64,000 nt of DNA from a virus (IMGVR_UViG_3300028827_000091:4106-68105); one strand, 5' to 3'. Positions 28,234 through 37,795 are shown, numbered from the stretch's first letter. The notes: generated by a model from the letters alone, not told the origin. Program-made: numbers and translations.

Positions 28234-30828
28234 ATGAAATTTTATACATCCGTTGACAGACGTGGCGACACAATTTTTGTTCGTGAGGTGAATGGAAAAG
28301 AGCGCCTCAATTATTGCATAAAAGATTTTGTTCCCACACTTCTTGTTCCCGATTCAAAAGGCCAGTTCAAAAATGAATTCGGCCATCCTTTAGCAAAAGT
28401 TGACCTAGATTCAATTTCAGATGCAAGCAAATTTATCAGAGAATACAGTGATGTGGATGGGTTCGATGTCTATGGTTCTTCGAACTTTGTTTCTCAATTC
28501 ATCACTGAAAATTATCCTGGAGAAATTGAATTTGATTCTTCGTTGATTCGAGTCTTCAATTTTGATATTGAATGCGCTTCCGATGAAGGTTTTCCATATC
28601 CAGAAAATGCAGAATATGAAGTCATTTCTATATCGCTTTATGACAGTCAAACAAAAATAATTTACGTTTGGGGTTTGTACGAATATAACAATTCTCGTGA
28701 AGATGTTATATATCACCATTCTTCGACAGAAGAATCACTGTTGCGTTCTTTCATTGAATTCTGGAGAACAAATTGTCCTGATGTAATGACGGGATGGAAC
28801 ATTTCTACGTTTGATATACCTTATCTCGTCAATAGAATAAAGAAGGTTTTAGGTGAAAGTGCTGTAAAATCTTTTTCGCCTTGGGGAATCATTTCTGAAA
28901 CAACAATCCGTGGTGACTTTGGGCGAGAAAACCAATCTTACAATTTTATGGGTATAGCTTGTCTTGATTATTTAGACCTCTATAAAAAATATACATATTC
29001 TGGACAGGAGTCGTATGCTCTAGACCATATCGCTCACGTCGAACTGAAAGAAAAGAAAGTAGATTATTCCGAAGCTGGTACACTTCATAATCTGTACCTT
29101 ACAAATTTCCAAAAATTTCTAGAATATAATATTCAAGACGTAGAGCTTGTCAAAAAGCTAGATGAGAAAATGCGATTGATAGAATTGGTCTATACTCTGG
29201 CTTATATGACAAAGCAAACATTCCCTGATACCTTTTCTCCTGTGCGAACTTGGGAATCAATGATATATAACTGGAATTATGAAAAGGGAATTTTTTCTAA
29301 AGTTAAGAACACACGAGGAAATGCAAACGTTCAGGTCGCCGGCGCATTTGTCAAAGTTCCTGAACCAAGAGCATATGAATGGATTGTTTCTCTAGACTTA
29401 GATGGGCTATATCCTCATTTGATTATGCAGTATAATCTAGGATATGACACAATTGATGAAGACCTTTCTCCTACAGTTGAAGACTATGTAGAAAAGTATT
29501 TGAGCCATTGCGACAAATCCGAAAAAGAATTGCAAAATGAACGAAGAATTCTACCGTTCATAAACAAAACAGAAGATACTTCTAAATATAAAGAGCTTGA
29601 AAGAGCAGTTGCTGCGAACGGAACATATTATAGGAAAGACCATCAGAGTATGTTTTCTTGTTTGATGGAAAACTTATACAGCAACAGGAAAAAAACAAAG
29701 CGGCTTATGCTTCAAAAAGAGCAAGAGCGAGAAAACACAAAAGATAAGAAAGAAAAAGAGGAATTGACAAATCTTATTGCATCTTTGAACAACAAGCAGA
29801 TGGCCTTGAAGATTCTTGCCAATTCTGGATACGGCGCTATCGCAAATCGCTATTTTCAATTTTTTGACCCAAGAATTGCCGAAGCAATTACGCTATCTGG
29901 ACAGCTTTCTATTCGATGGGTCAGGTCGCGGCTTGACGCATATTTGAATAATTTGCTTAATACAGATGGAATAGAATATGTAAAATATGTAGATACAGAT
30001 TCAGCTTATCTTGAGTTAAAAGCCCTTGTAGATGAAATATTTGGGAAAGATGTTAAAAAGGAAGATTATACAGAAGTTGTAAATTTTCTAGATAAAGCAG
30101 TAAAAAATAGAATTGAGCCTTTTATTGAAAAATGCTATGAAGAACTTGCTGATTATATGAATGCTTATAGAAATGCAATGAGGATGACTCGTGAAGTTAT
30201 CGCATCAAGAGGGTTTTGGACAGCAAAGAAAAGATACGCATTGATGGTATATGATTCAGAAGGAGTTCGATACGCAGAACCAAAACCGAAAATTCTTGGT
30301 TTGGAGGTTAAGAAATCTTCTACACCAGAATTCTGCCGTGAAAAATTAGAAGAAGCAATTAAAATTATTCTAGAAGGAACCAACGATGAGTTGCTAGAAT
30401 TTCTTGAAGAAGTTAGAAAGGAGTTCAATTCATTGGGTCCCGAAGACATTGCTTTTCCTAGGTCTGTTTCTGGATTGAGAAAATATGCTGAATCAGGAAG
30501 AGCCATTTTCAAGAAGGGTTCTCCAAAGCACGTTAAAGGCGCTCTTATCTATAATCATATGCTAAAAGAAAAAGAAATGAAACTAGAGCAACCAATTCAA
30601 GAGGGAGGCAAAATAAAATTTGTTGACCTCAAAGAACCAAATCCTATTCATCAAAATGTTATTGCATTTCCTTCGAATTCTGTTTTGCCGAAAGAATTTG
30701 GTTTGCACGATTATATCAATTATGATTTACAGTTTGAGAAGGCATTTTTTCAGCCTCTAAAGACAATGCTCGATGCAGTAGGATGGAAATCAGATAGAAA
30801 CTCTACGCTTGAAATTTTCTTTGGTTGA
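28234..30828 (+). CDS. 43: Family B DNA polymerase gp43
   Basis: FDIE, GWNISTFDIPY, SLDLDGLYP, KILANSGYG, YVDTDS, KKRYA. Confidence 0.97.
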   Translation: MKFYTSVDRRGDTIFVREVNGKERLNYCIKDFVPTLLVPDSKGQFKNEFGHPLAKVDLDSISDASKFIREYSDVDGFDVYGSSNFVSQFITENYPGEIEFDSSLIRVFNFDIECASDEGFPYPENAEYEVISISLYDSQTKIIYVWGLYEYNNSREDVIYHHSSTEESLLRSFIEFWRTNCPDVMTGWNISTFDIPYLVNRIKKVLGESAVKSFSPWGIISETTIRGDFGRENQSYNFMGIACLDYLDLYKKYTYSGQESYALDHIAHVELKEKKVDYSEAGTLHNLYLTNFQKFLEYNIQDVELVKKLDEKMRLIELVYTLAYMTKQTFPDTFSPVRTWESMIYNWNYEKGIFSKVKNTRGNANVQVAGAFVKVPEPRAYEWIVSLDLDGLYPHLIMQYNLGYDTIDEDLSPTVEDYVEKYLSHCDKSEKELQNERRILPFINKTEDTSKYKELERAVAANGTYYRKDHQSMFSCLMENLYSNRKKTKRLMLQKEQERENTKDKKEKEELTNLIASLNNKQMALKILANSGYGAIANRYFQFFDPRIAEAITLSGQLSIRWVRSRLDAYLNNLLNTDGIEYVKYVDTDSAYLELKALVDEIFGKDVKKEDYTEVVNFLDKAVKNRIEPFIEKCYEELADYMNAYRNAMRMTREVIASRGFWTAKKRYALMVYDSEGVRYAEPKPKILGLEVKKSSTPEFCREKLEEAIKIILEGTNDELLEFLEEVRKEFNSLGPEDIAFPRSVSGLRKYAESGRAIFKKGSPKHVKGALIYNHMLKEKEMKLEQPIQEGGKIKFVDLKEPNPIHQNVIAFPSNSVLPKEFGLHDYINYDLQFEKAFFQPLKTMLDAVGWKSDRNSTLEIFFG

Positions 30829-30870
30829 CAAATGAAATTTTTGTGATATAATTCTTAGAACATATAAATA
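30825..30870 (+). promoter_or_regulatory. Tandem sigma70 and late promoters for the NAD salvage genes
   Basis: TTGACA-N16-TATAAT, then TATAAATA at 30863. Confidence 0.7.
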
Positions 30871-30904
30871 TTAAACAGTCATCTAAGTTAGGGAGTCTAG
30901 CACG

Positions 30905-31975
30905 ATGAGCAATAAAAAATATAAACTTGCTGTCTATATAGGCAGATTTCAACCTTTTCATAACGGTCACCGAAAAGTTATTGAAGAAGGACTAGAGATA
31001 GCTGATAGTGTTCTTGTTCTTCTCGGTTCCTTCAATACTCCACGAACAATCAAGAATCCCTTCACAAAATTTGAACGAAAAAAGATGATAAGTTGTTTCT
31101 TCAACGACAACATATCACACGATGCTTCTCATAGAGTCTATATTCGACCTATAAGCGATTACACTTATGACGAGAATAAATGGATTGAGCAGATTCAAAC
31201 AAAAGTCAAACTCTTTTCTGTTTCTGATAAAGAAATCGTCTTGCTTGGTTTCAAGCGCGACGATAGCAGCTATTATCTGAATTATTTTCCTAATTGGCAC
31301 ACATATTTTTCTGCAGAGCATCATCATTACAACGAACCTATAAATGGAACTGCGTTACGTGATGCTTATTTCTCAAATCCTGCAGAATTTTTCTCGAGTT
31401 ATTATGTGGATATGTTGCCTTCAACAACAATAGAAGTTATGAAGGAATTTGCCCGCAAAGAAGAATTCAAACAGTTGCAGAACGAATGGAAATATGTTCA
31501 GAATTACAAGGATATGTGGTCATCTGCTCCATATCCGCCTACCTTTGTGACAGCAGATGCTGTTGTCATTCAATCAGGACATATCCTTCTTGTTCAAAGA
31601 AAGTATGAGCCTGGCAAAGGCTTGTGGGCACTTCCTGGTGGATTTGTTGCCCCAAATGAAAAGATTTTTGATTGTGCAGTGAGAGAGCTGATTGAAGAAA
31701 CGAACATCAAGGTTCCGGAGAAAGTTCTTCGAGCTTCTTGTACCTTCAATCAGGTGTTCGATAGTCCTTTTCGTTCTGATAGAGGAAGAACCATCACTCA
31801 CGCATTTCTTTTTGAATTGAAAGATAATGAGAAGTTGCCTAAAGTGAAGGCAGCCGATGATGCTGAAGATGCAAAATGGTTTTCGTTTTCTGAGCTCGAA
31901 AGTATGGCTTGGAAAATGTTCGAAGACCACTTTCATATCCTCTATCATATGAGGAAAAGGCATAAAATAAAATAG
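30905..31975 (+). CDS. Bifunctional NMN adenylyltransferase / Nudix hydrolase (NadM-Nudix, NatV-like)
   Basis: IGRFQPFHNGH; PPTFVTADAVV; Nudix box GG...RELIEET. Confidence 0.92.
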   Translation: MSNKKYKLAVYIGRFQPFHNGHRKVIEEGLEIADSVLVLLGSFNTPRTIKNPFTKFERKKMISCFFNDNISHDASHRVYIRPISDYTYDENKWIEQIQTKVKLFSVSDKEIVLLGFKRDDSSYYLNYFPNWHTYFSAEHHHYNEPINGTALRDAYFSNPAEFFSSYYVDMLPSTTIEVMKEFARKEEFKQLQNEWKYVQNYKDMWSSAPYPPTFVTADAVVIQSGHILLVQRKYEPGKGLWALPGGFVAPNEKIFDCAVRELIEETNIKVPEKVLRASCTFNQVFDSPFRSDRGRTITHAFLFELKDNEKLPKVKAADDAEDAKWFSFSELESMAWKMFEDHFHILYHMRKRHKIK

Positions 31976-32023
31976 CTCTATTGGAGCTTATCCAATAAAT
32001 TTAAGAAGTTAGGGAGTCTAACA

Positions 32024-33337
32024 ATGAGAAATAACATCCTATTAAATACCGATAGCTATAAAACATCACATTTTCGTCAGTATCCGCCTGGAACAGAATA
32101 TGTTTATTCTTATATTGAAGCTCGTTCTGGTCAGGTACCTTATGTAATCGCATTTGGTTTACAAGCATTTATTAAAGAATATCTTCAGAAGCCCTTTTTT
32201 CAAGAAGATATTGATGAAGCAGAATATGTGTTCTCCTCTCACGGTGTGCCGTTTAATCGTGAAGGTTGGGAATACATTTTGGAAGAGCACGGTGGATATT
32301 TGCCGCTAGAAATAAGAATGGTTGAAGAAGGAACAAAAGTTCCCATAAGAACTGTTATTGCAACGATGGTGAACACCGACCCAAAGGTTCCTTGGCTCAC
32401 GAATTATATGGAAACAGCAATTCTCCGAGCAATTTGGTATCCTACGACAGTTGCAACAAATTCACATTTCGCAAAAGTTGAAATGATGAAGTATTGGGAA
32501 AAGACTTCTGATGCGCCAGTTGAGTCTCTCGATTTCAAGTTGCACGATTTTGGTGCTCGTGGTGTTTCTTCAAATGAATCTGCTGCATTGGGAGGAATGG
32601 CGCATCTAATCAATTTTATGGGTACAGATACTGTTGCTGGTTTGATTGCAGCAAGAGATTATTATGATGCGGGAATTTGCGGGTTTTCTATTCCAGCAGC
32701 AGAGCACAGCACAATCACATCTTGGGGTATTGAAAATGAATCTGCTGCATACAAGAATATGATAGAGGCATTTCCTGATGCTCCGATTGTTGCGATTGTT
32801 TCTGATTCCTATGACCTCAAGAATGCAGTAGAAAATATCTACGGCAACGAGTTGAAGAGTGTAATAGAAGAATCAGGAAAAACAGTTGTAATTCGCCCCG
32901 ATTCAGGATATCCTCCTGAAATTGTTGTGGAAACAATTCTTGGTCTGATGAAAAATTTTGGATGCGCAACGAACAGCAAAGGATATAAGGTTCTTCCTGA
33001 TTGTGTTCGGGTAATTCAAGGCGACGGAATCACCAATGAATCACTAAAGGATATTCTCAAGTATATGGAAGAAAATAAATTGAGCATTGATAATATCGCT
33101 TTCGGTATGGGCGGTGGCCTTTTACAGCAATGCAATCGAGACACATATGGGTTTGCGATGAAGTGTTCTGCAATTTGTGTGAATGGTGTGTGGAAAGATG
33201 TGTTCAAGAATCCTAAGACTGACCCAGGTAAGGCATCGAAATCTGGTCGTTTTGGTCTTTCTAGGATTGCTTTCAAGGATGGTGAACTCGTGACAAAGAC
33301 AACTTTTGAGAAAGTTCGCAAGAACGCTTCTATTTAA
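32024..33337 (+). CDS. nadV: Nicotinamide phosphoribosyltransferase
   Basis: TDSYKTSH, LHDFGARG, SIPAAEHS, IRPDSG, IQGDG, FGMGGGLLQ. Confidence 0.95.
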   Translation: MRNNILLNTDSYKTSHFRQYPPGTEYVYSYIEARSGQVPYVIAFGLQAFIKEYLQKPFFQEDIDEAEYVFSSHGVPFNREGWEYILEEHGGYLPLEIRMVEEGTKVPIRTVIATMVNTDPKVPWLTNYMETAILRAIWYPTTVATNSHFAKVEMMKYWEKTSDAPVESLDFKLHDFGARGVSSNESAALGGMAHLINFMGTDTVAGLIAARDYYDAGICGFSIPAAEHSTITSWGIENESAAYKNMIEAFPDAPIVAIVSDSYDLKNAVENIYGNELKSVIEESGKTVVIRPDSGYPPEIVVETILGLMKNFGCATNSKGYKVLPDCVRVIQGDGITNESLKDILKYMEENKLSIDNIAFGMGGGLLQQCNRDTYGFAMKCSAICVNGVWKDVFKNPKTDPGKASKSGRFGLSRIAFKDGELVTKTTFEKVRKNASI

Positions 33338-33339
33338 TC

Positions 33340-33386
33340 TTGACAGCCCCATCTTCATCGTGTATAATTGTGGTGAAGATGGGGCT
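33340..33386 (+). promoter_or_regulatory. Sigma70 promoter embedded in a 13-bp perfect inverted repeat
   Basis: TTGACA-N17-TATAAT; AGCCCCATCTTCA (33345) / TGAAGATGGGGCT (33374). Confidence 0.75.
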
Positions 33387-33407
33387 CTTGTGTGAAAAGG
33401 AGATAAT

Positions 33408-33917
33408 TTGAAAGATATATTTTTGAATTCGTTGGTTGAAGCTATGAACACAAAGAGCTATGATTTTCGGTATGAGTTCTATTGTCGGCTTTCTGATGAA
33501 CTTCATATCCCTAAGGCCATTAGGGAACAATATAAAGCAAAAAGTTTAGATACAATAATGCTTGTTGTTCGGTCTGATGCCTTTCCAGAGCCAGAATTTG
33601 ATTTTGACCGGCAGGAGTTTTCGTTTTATACTCATTTTGGTCGTGTACCTTTCACTGTCATCATTCCAGTTAAAGATATTTTTATGGTCATAGATGACTA
33701 TAATGGCATAGCTGTTCAATTTCATTATAAGGTTGAGCAAGAGCCGAAGAAATCTAATTTTGTTCCTAATTCTGCAGCGATGCCAATTCTTGTTGCAAAA
33801 CCTAACAGTTCATCTAAACCTAAACTTGTTGTGGACAACAACAAAAAATCTGAAAATCCAAAGTCAAAATCGAAAGCAAAGTTGAAGTTGGTTGTTGACA
33901 ATACCAAGAAGGAGTAA
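33408..33917 (+). CDS. sspB: SspB-like ClpXP adaptor
   Basis: FSFYTHFGRVPFTVIIPVKDI core; disordered tail with two KLVV motifs resembling the ClpX-binding LRVVK. Confidence 0.65.
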   Translation: MKDIFLNSLVEAMNTKSYDFRYEFYCRLSDELHIPKAIREQYKAKSLDTIMLVVRSDAFPEPEFDFDRQEFSFYTHFGRVPFTVIIPVKDIFMVIDDYNGIAVQFHYKVEQEPKKSNFVPNSAAMPILVAKPNSSSKPKLVVDNNKKSENPKSKSKAKLKLVVDNTKKE

Positions 33918-33918
33918 T

Positions 33919-34098
33919 ATGACAGATTTTAAGAAATACAAAAAATATTTGAAGATTGAGGAAGAAAATAAAGAGTTGAAAGCTCTCCTCAAAGAAATTT
34001 ATGAAGTATGCACATTGACAAAGAATCAGACAGAATATTCTGTTCTAAACGGTATTGTTCAGAAAGTCACTGAGATGACTCGGAAGTATAAGAAATGA
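33919..34098 (+). CDS. Hypothetical protein
   Basis: SD AAGGAG before MTDFKK. Confidence 0.55.
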   Translation: MTDFKKYKKYLKIEEENKELKALLKEIYEVCTLTKNQTEYSVLNGIVQKVTEMTRKYKK

Positions 34099-34529
34099 AA
34101 AGAAATATAGGAATTCGAACACTATTTAATTTCTTTGTTAATGTAATATATTTCGCTTTTGGATATTTCGGTATTATCGAGTCAATCGGTTGGGCAGGAA
34201 ATGTATTCATTTTTTGGACTTGGGCAATGGCAGTTGACATTTTATTTATTGTCGGCTTTCTTTCTTATTTTTTGAAGAATATACCACCAAATGCGTTTTC
34301 TGATTTTGCGAAAGATATTGCTTCATCTAATGGAAAGAACACAATCTATAGAAAATTTTCAATTGCTACAGGTTTTCTTTTTGGAGCTCCTTTGTTCGGC
34401 ATATGTATCGCATATGGATGGTTGTTTACTGCCGCAGCAATATTTGTGACATATTCGTGTTCTTTGATTCTGATGTTCGTTTGTGATGAAATAGCCGAAT
34501 CAGGAAAACATTTACTAAATGAAGGATAA
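34095..34529 (+). CDS. Hypothetical membrane protein
   Basis: About four hydrophobic segments. Confidence 0.6.
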   Translation: MKRNIGIRTLFNFFVNVIYFAFGYFGIIESIGWAGNVFIFWTWAMAVDILFIVGFLSYFLKNIPPNAFSDFAKDIASSNGKNTIYRKFSIATGFLFGAPLFGICIAYGWLFTAAAIFVTYSCSLILMFVCDEIAESGKHLLNEG

Positions 34530-34645
34530 ATCTACAGTTAAAGTTTTTTGGTCTGATTTAGTTTTTCCTGCACTAAATTTATTCAATTGTCCTAGTTGGT
34601 TGAAGTTTAATTCTTCTAACAGTCAAAAAGACGAAAAGGAAAAAG

Positions 34646-34840
34646 ATGAAAGGATACATTCTCCAGAACAAAGATAATACGTATCAAGGTCCTTTTTGTG
34701 AGCGAAAAGAGAATTTCGAAGAAGCTCAAATTCTGAACAGCCTTAAAGGGATAGACAGGAAAAGGATTCATAGGTTGATTGCTGTAGAATATATTTTTTG
34801 GAGAGGAAGAAAAGTTCTAGTAACAATTCTAGATGAATAG
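34646..34840 (+). CDS. Hypothetical protein
   Basis: SD AAGGA; co-oriented ORF. Confidence 0.5.
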   Translation: MKGYILQNKDNTYQGPFCERKENFEEAQILNSLKGIDRKRIHRLIAVEYIFWRGRKVLVTILDE

Positions 34841-34850
34841 GAGATAAAAT

Positions 34851-35291
34851 ATGAATTCTGACAAACAGGAAATCGATGAAACGAAGGACCTGAATGATAT
34901 TGAAACATCATTGACTGATGCCAAGCCTTCTACATTTGATGAGGCTACCGATGAAGATTTAGGAAAAATGAATCTGCCCGAAAACGTCAATTTTATTGGG
35001 CAGGGCGAAGCCGCAAGGAAGAAATTATCTGAATCTGTTGAAGCAGTGAAGGGTGACGAGCCAAAGAAGCCTCGAGGGCCAAAATTCACACCTATCAAAC
35101 GTATTGCTGCCTGGCAAAATTATATTGGAAGGATTCAATTGAAGGGAATGATGGCAAAATTCTCCTACAAGCCTAAATATTTGCCTTCTGATGAAACAAG
35201 AATGCAATCGCGCTCGCGTCAAAATCGTTCAAAGTATCTAGGAAATGGCGAATTGAGGCCTGTTCTAGAAGTTAGCGAAGCAAGCGGATAG
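34851..35291 (+). CDS. Hypothetical protein (acidic N-terminus, basic C-terminus)
   Basis: SD AGGAG. Confidence 0.6.
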   Translation: MNSDKQEIDETKDLNDIETSLTDAKPSTFDEATDEDLGKMNLPENVNFIGQGEAARKKLSESVEAVKGDEPKKPRGPKFTPIKRIAAWQNYIGRIQLKGMMAKFSYKPKYLPSDETRMQSRSRQNRSKYLGNGELRPVLEVSEASG

Positions 35292-35306
35292 GAGAGCAAT
35301 TTTCTC

Positions 35307-35335
35307 TTGACATTATAGTGTTTGAGTGGTAATAT
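35307..35335 (+). promoter_or_regulatory. Sigma70 promoter
   Basis: TTGACA-N17-TAATAT with extended TG. Confidence 0.6.
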
Positions 35336-35358
35336 AGCAGTATAGAGATGAAAGTGAG

Positions 35359-35643
35359 GTGAAAGTGAGATTTGTTTTCAATACAGCCATAGTCTGGTAC
35401 GGTAAGAAATATTATACGATGTCTGAAGACTGCTTTCCCAAATCATTTGATGTTGAGACAATAGATGATTTCGATGTTGATGCGATTTTGGAAGGCATCA
35501 ACAAAAATGTTCCGAATCCATTCTTTAAAGAAGATGTTCGGATGCGTAAAACAACAGCATTGCCAAAGTATTCTCTGCCTTCGTTGTTCATCGTTGAGGC
35601 AAAGGATTCATCTTGGAGTGTCTCTTATCGTGCAGAGGAATAA
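35359..35643 (+). CDS. Hypothetical protein
   Basis: ORF downstream of promoter. Confidence 0.55.
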   Translation: MKVRFVFNTAIVWYGKKYYTMSEDCFPKSFDVETIDDFDVDAILEGINKNVPNPFFKEDVRMRKTTALPKYSLPSLFIVEAKDSSWSVSYRAEE

Positions 35644-35682
35644 GACGATTAGAAATCTGCAGAACCATCTGCAGAATAAGGT

Positions 35683-35873
35683 TTTGAGTGGGCGGCGTGG
35701 AAAATCGAAGACACGCTCCAGAAAGAGAGGGTAGATTGCTGCTGGCTGCAGACAGCAGATTGAGGAAACACTCGGTAATGCGAGGAATACCCGCGAAGGC
35801 ATCAACCAATTTTGGTTTCTCTGCCTCTGGATTAGAAACCTCATAGCCGGAGTAGCGACCGGCCCCGCTCAAA
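35683..35873 (+). ncRNA. tRNA-like structured RNA, copy A
   Basis: Closing stem TTTGAGTGG/CCGCTCAAA; D-like arm GCGTG..CACGC; T-like arm GCCGG-AGTAGCGA-CCGGC; large central insert. Confidence 0.7.
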
Positions 35874-35895
35874 TTATTATTGATTTTGGAGGTCA

Positions 35896-36369
35896 ATGAA
35901 AATGAGTGATTATGTTAATGTCGATGGCGTGAAAGTCTCAATAGATAAGTTGGAGGAACTTGGTTCTATACGAAAAGAGGATGAGTATCCGAGGCCGGCC
36001 GATACGTATTGGTACGTAGATTCCGCCGGCGCTGCACATAAGACAGAGCGCTGTGCATATCCGTTTTATGCACGACATAAAGACAATCATAATGTTTTCT
36101 GTTCCCGCAAACAGGCGAAGAAAGCGGCTAAGATGATGAGACGTTCGAATGCCATCATCCGTGCCTGCCTTCTGGTCGACCCGGATTATGAGCCGGATTG
36201 GGATGATTATACTGAGGTGAAATACTCAGTGTATTATCTATCTTTACGTGGCCGAGGTGTGTGGGATGTTTATACTAGCACAGACCTTTCTTGGTCGCCT
36301 GCTTATGTCTCATCTATAAGTAAGGCTCGAGAAGTATGTGAGCTTCTTAACGAATGGGGTGTGAAATAA
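35896..36369 (+). CDS. Hypothetical phage protein
   Basis: SD GGAGG; YEPDWDD motif. Confidence 0.65.
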   Translation: MKMSDYVNVDGVKVSIDKLEELGSIRKEDEYPRPADTYWYVDSAGAAHKTERCAYPFYARHKDNHNVFCSRKQAKKAAKMMRRSNAIIRACLLVDPDYEPDWDDYTEVKYSVYYLSLRGRGVWDVYTSTDLSWSPAYVSSISKAREVCELLNEWGVK

Positions 36370-36384
36370 GAATAGGAGATTAAA

Positions 36385-36723
36385 ATGAATATGAAAATGA
36401 GAGAGGCAATGGGAAATCTTTTACAATCAGCAGCATCAGGAAAAGATTTTATTGTGGAACAATTGCCTGATACAGTTCACCAATTACTTATTTACACATT
36501 TGTGTCAGAATTAGCTATTACGATTATAGGATTGTTTCTAATTTATTGGTCGTGTAAATTTGCTCTAGAATATAAAGAAAAATCACTCGGTGGTTCATAT
36601 ATTATAGGATTTTTTATTGGTGGGGTTAGTTTTGTGATGGTAGTTTCTAATCTCGAATGGATTAAAATTTGGCTGGCGCCTAAAATTTTTATTCTTGAAT
36701 ATGCGTCAGATTTATTGAAGTAG
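36385..36723 (+). CDS. Hypothetical membrane protein
   Basis: SD AGGAG; FIVEQLPD..QLL, WIKIWLAPK. Confidence 0.65.
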   Translation: MNMKMREAMGNLLQSAASGKDFIVEQLPDTVHQLLIYTFVSELAITIIGLFLIYWSCKFALEYKEKSLGGSYIIGFFIGGVSFVMVVSNLEWIKIWLAPKIFILEYASDLLK

Positions 36724-36734
36724 AAGCAAAAAGT

Positions 36735-36869
36735 TTGAGCGGGCGGCGTGGAATAGCGCAGACACGCACAGTATGGAGGTTGGCCATCTCCAGAAGAGCG
36801 AGGCACAGCGGCCTCGAAAGTGTAGGGCCGAGCCCGAGAAAAGTCGGAGTAGCGACCGGCCCCGCTCAA
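36735..36869 (+). ncRNA. tRNA-like structured RNA, copy B
   Basis: Same 5' GGGCGGCGTGGAA..GACACGC and an identical 25-nt 3' end CGGAGTAGCGACCGGCCCCGCTCAA as copy A; different central insert. Confidence 0.7.
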
Positions 36870-37036
36870 TTTATTACTCCCACAGGCCTCTCGAAGAAGC
36901 TCAATATTGGAACACGAAAAGACGTGTGAGGGCTATGGACGCATAGCAGTAGGGAGATAAGGGCAGCTCGCCAGCGGCGGCCAGAACAAATAGCTGGCAC
37001 ATTTATAAATGTGTCGATTGTCAATATCTGATATAG

Positions 37037-37285
37037 GTGTATGAGATGAGTGAAGATTTTGATTGTGATGAATTTCTGAAAAGGTTACGTCGTGGTGATA
37101 CTCTGCCGGCCGTACCTGATATTGAAGGGCTTTTAGAAAAGCTCAATCAAGTAAGAACTATATCAGAATTAGATGCTCTTCGGAAAGAGACTTTCGAAGC
37201 AATGTCATTCGAGGACGGAAGTATGTTTAATGATGTTCAGTTGGCTTTTATTAGAGCAAAAAATAGACTTAATGGTATTTTGTGA
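37037..37285 (+). CDS. Hypothetical protein
   Basis: Co-oriented ORF. Confidence 0.5.
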   Translation: MYEMSEDFDCDEFLKRLRRGDTLPAVPDIEGLLEKLNQVRTISELDALRKETFEAMSFEDGSMFNDVQLAFIRAKNRLNGIL

Positions 37286-37306
37286 ATAGACTCTAAAGAG
37301 GTATAG

Positions 37307-37795
37307 ATGGCTTTTATTGATAAATTTAGAGAACCGATTTCGTTGCTTGATTATGCTCAGTTCAAGGATATTAGAACTGAACCGTTAGATATAGAGCATC
37401 TTGTTCAAATTCTTGGTATTGAACTTAGATATGACGAGTTTGAAGATTTATTATCTGGGTACCTGCGCAAAGAAGGTTCAAAGTGGGTGATTTCTGTTAA
37501 TGAAAAATACAGTGAAGGCCAAAAGAGATTCATAATCGCACACGAGCTCGGGCATTATATTCTTCATAAGTGTCGTCGTAAAGGTTTCTTTGATGAGGCA
37601 ACAATATTTTTTCCATATCACGTAAGTGATGAGATTGAAAAAGAAGCTAATCTTTGGGCCGCCGAATTGTTAATGCCTGAAAAATCTTTCAGGATAAAAG
37701 TTCAGAGTGGTATGACCAAGATAGAAGACCTTGCCGAATATTTTAAGGTTTCTGCTCTTTCGGTGAAGACTCGTGCTGAACAATTAGGATATTGA
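37307..37795 (+). CDS. ImmA/IrrE family (M78) metallopeptidase
   Basis: RFIIAHELGHY, EKEANLWAAELLMP, LAEYFKVS. Confidence 0.88.
   Translation: MAFIDKFREPISLLDYAQFKDIRTEPLDIEHLVQILGIELRYDEFEDLLSGYLRKEGSKWVISVNEKYSEGQKRFIIAHELGHYILHKCRRKGFFDEATIFFPYHVSDEIEKEANLWAAELLMPEKSFRIKVQSGMTKIEDLAEYFKVSALSVKTRAEQLGY

Noticed and set aside
28234-30828. Intein or intron in gp43, or a clearly altered active site for modified dNTPs
   Set aside because: The ORF is continuous and of normal length; DLDGLYP and YVDTDS differ slightly from consensus but cannot be interpreted by eye
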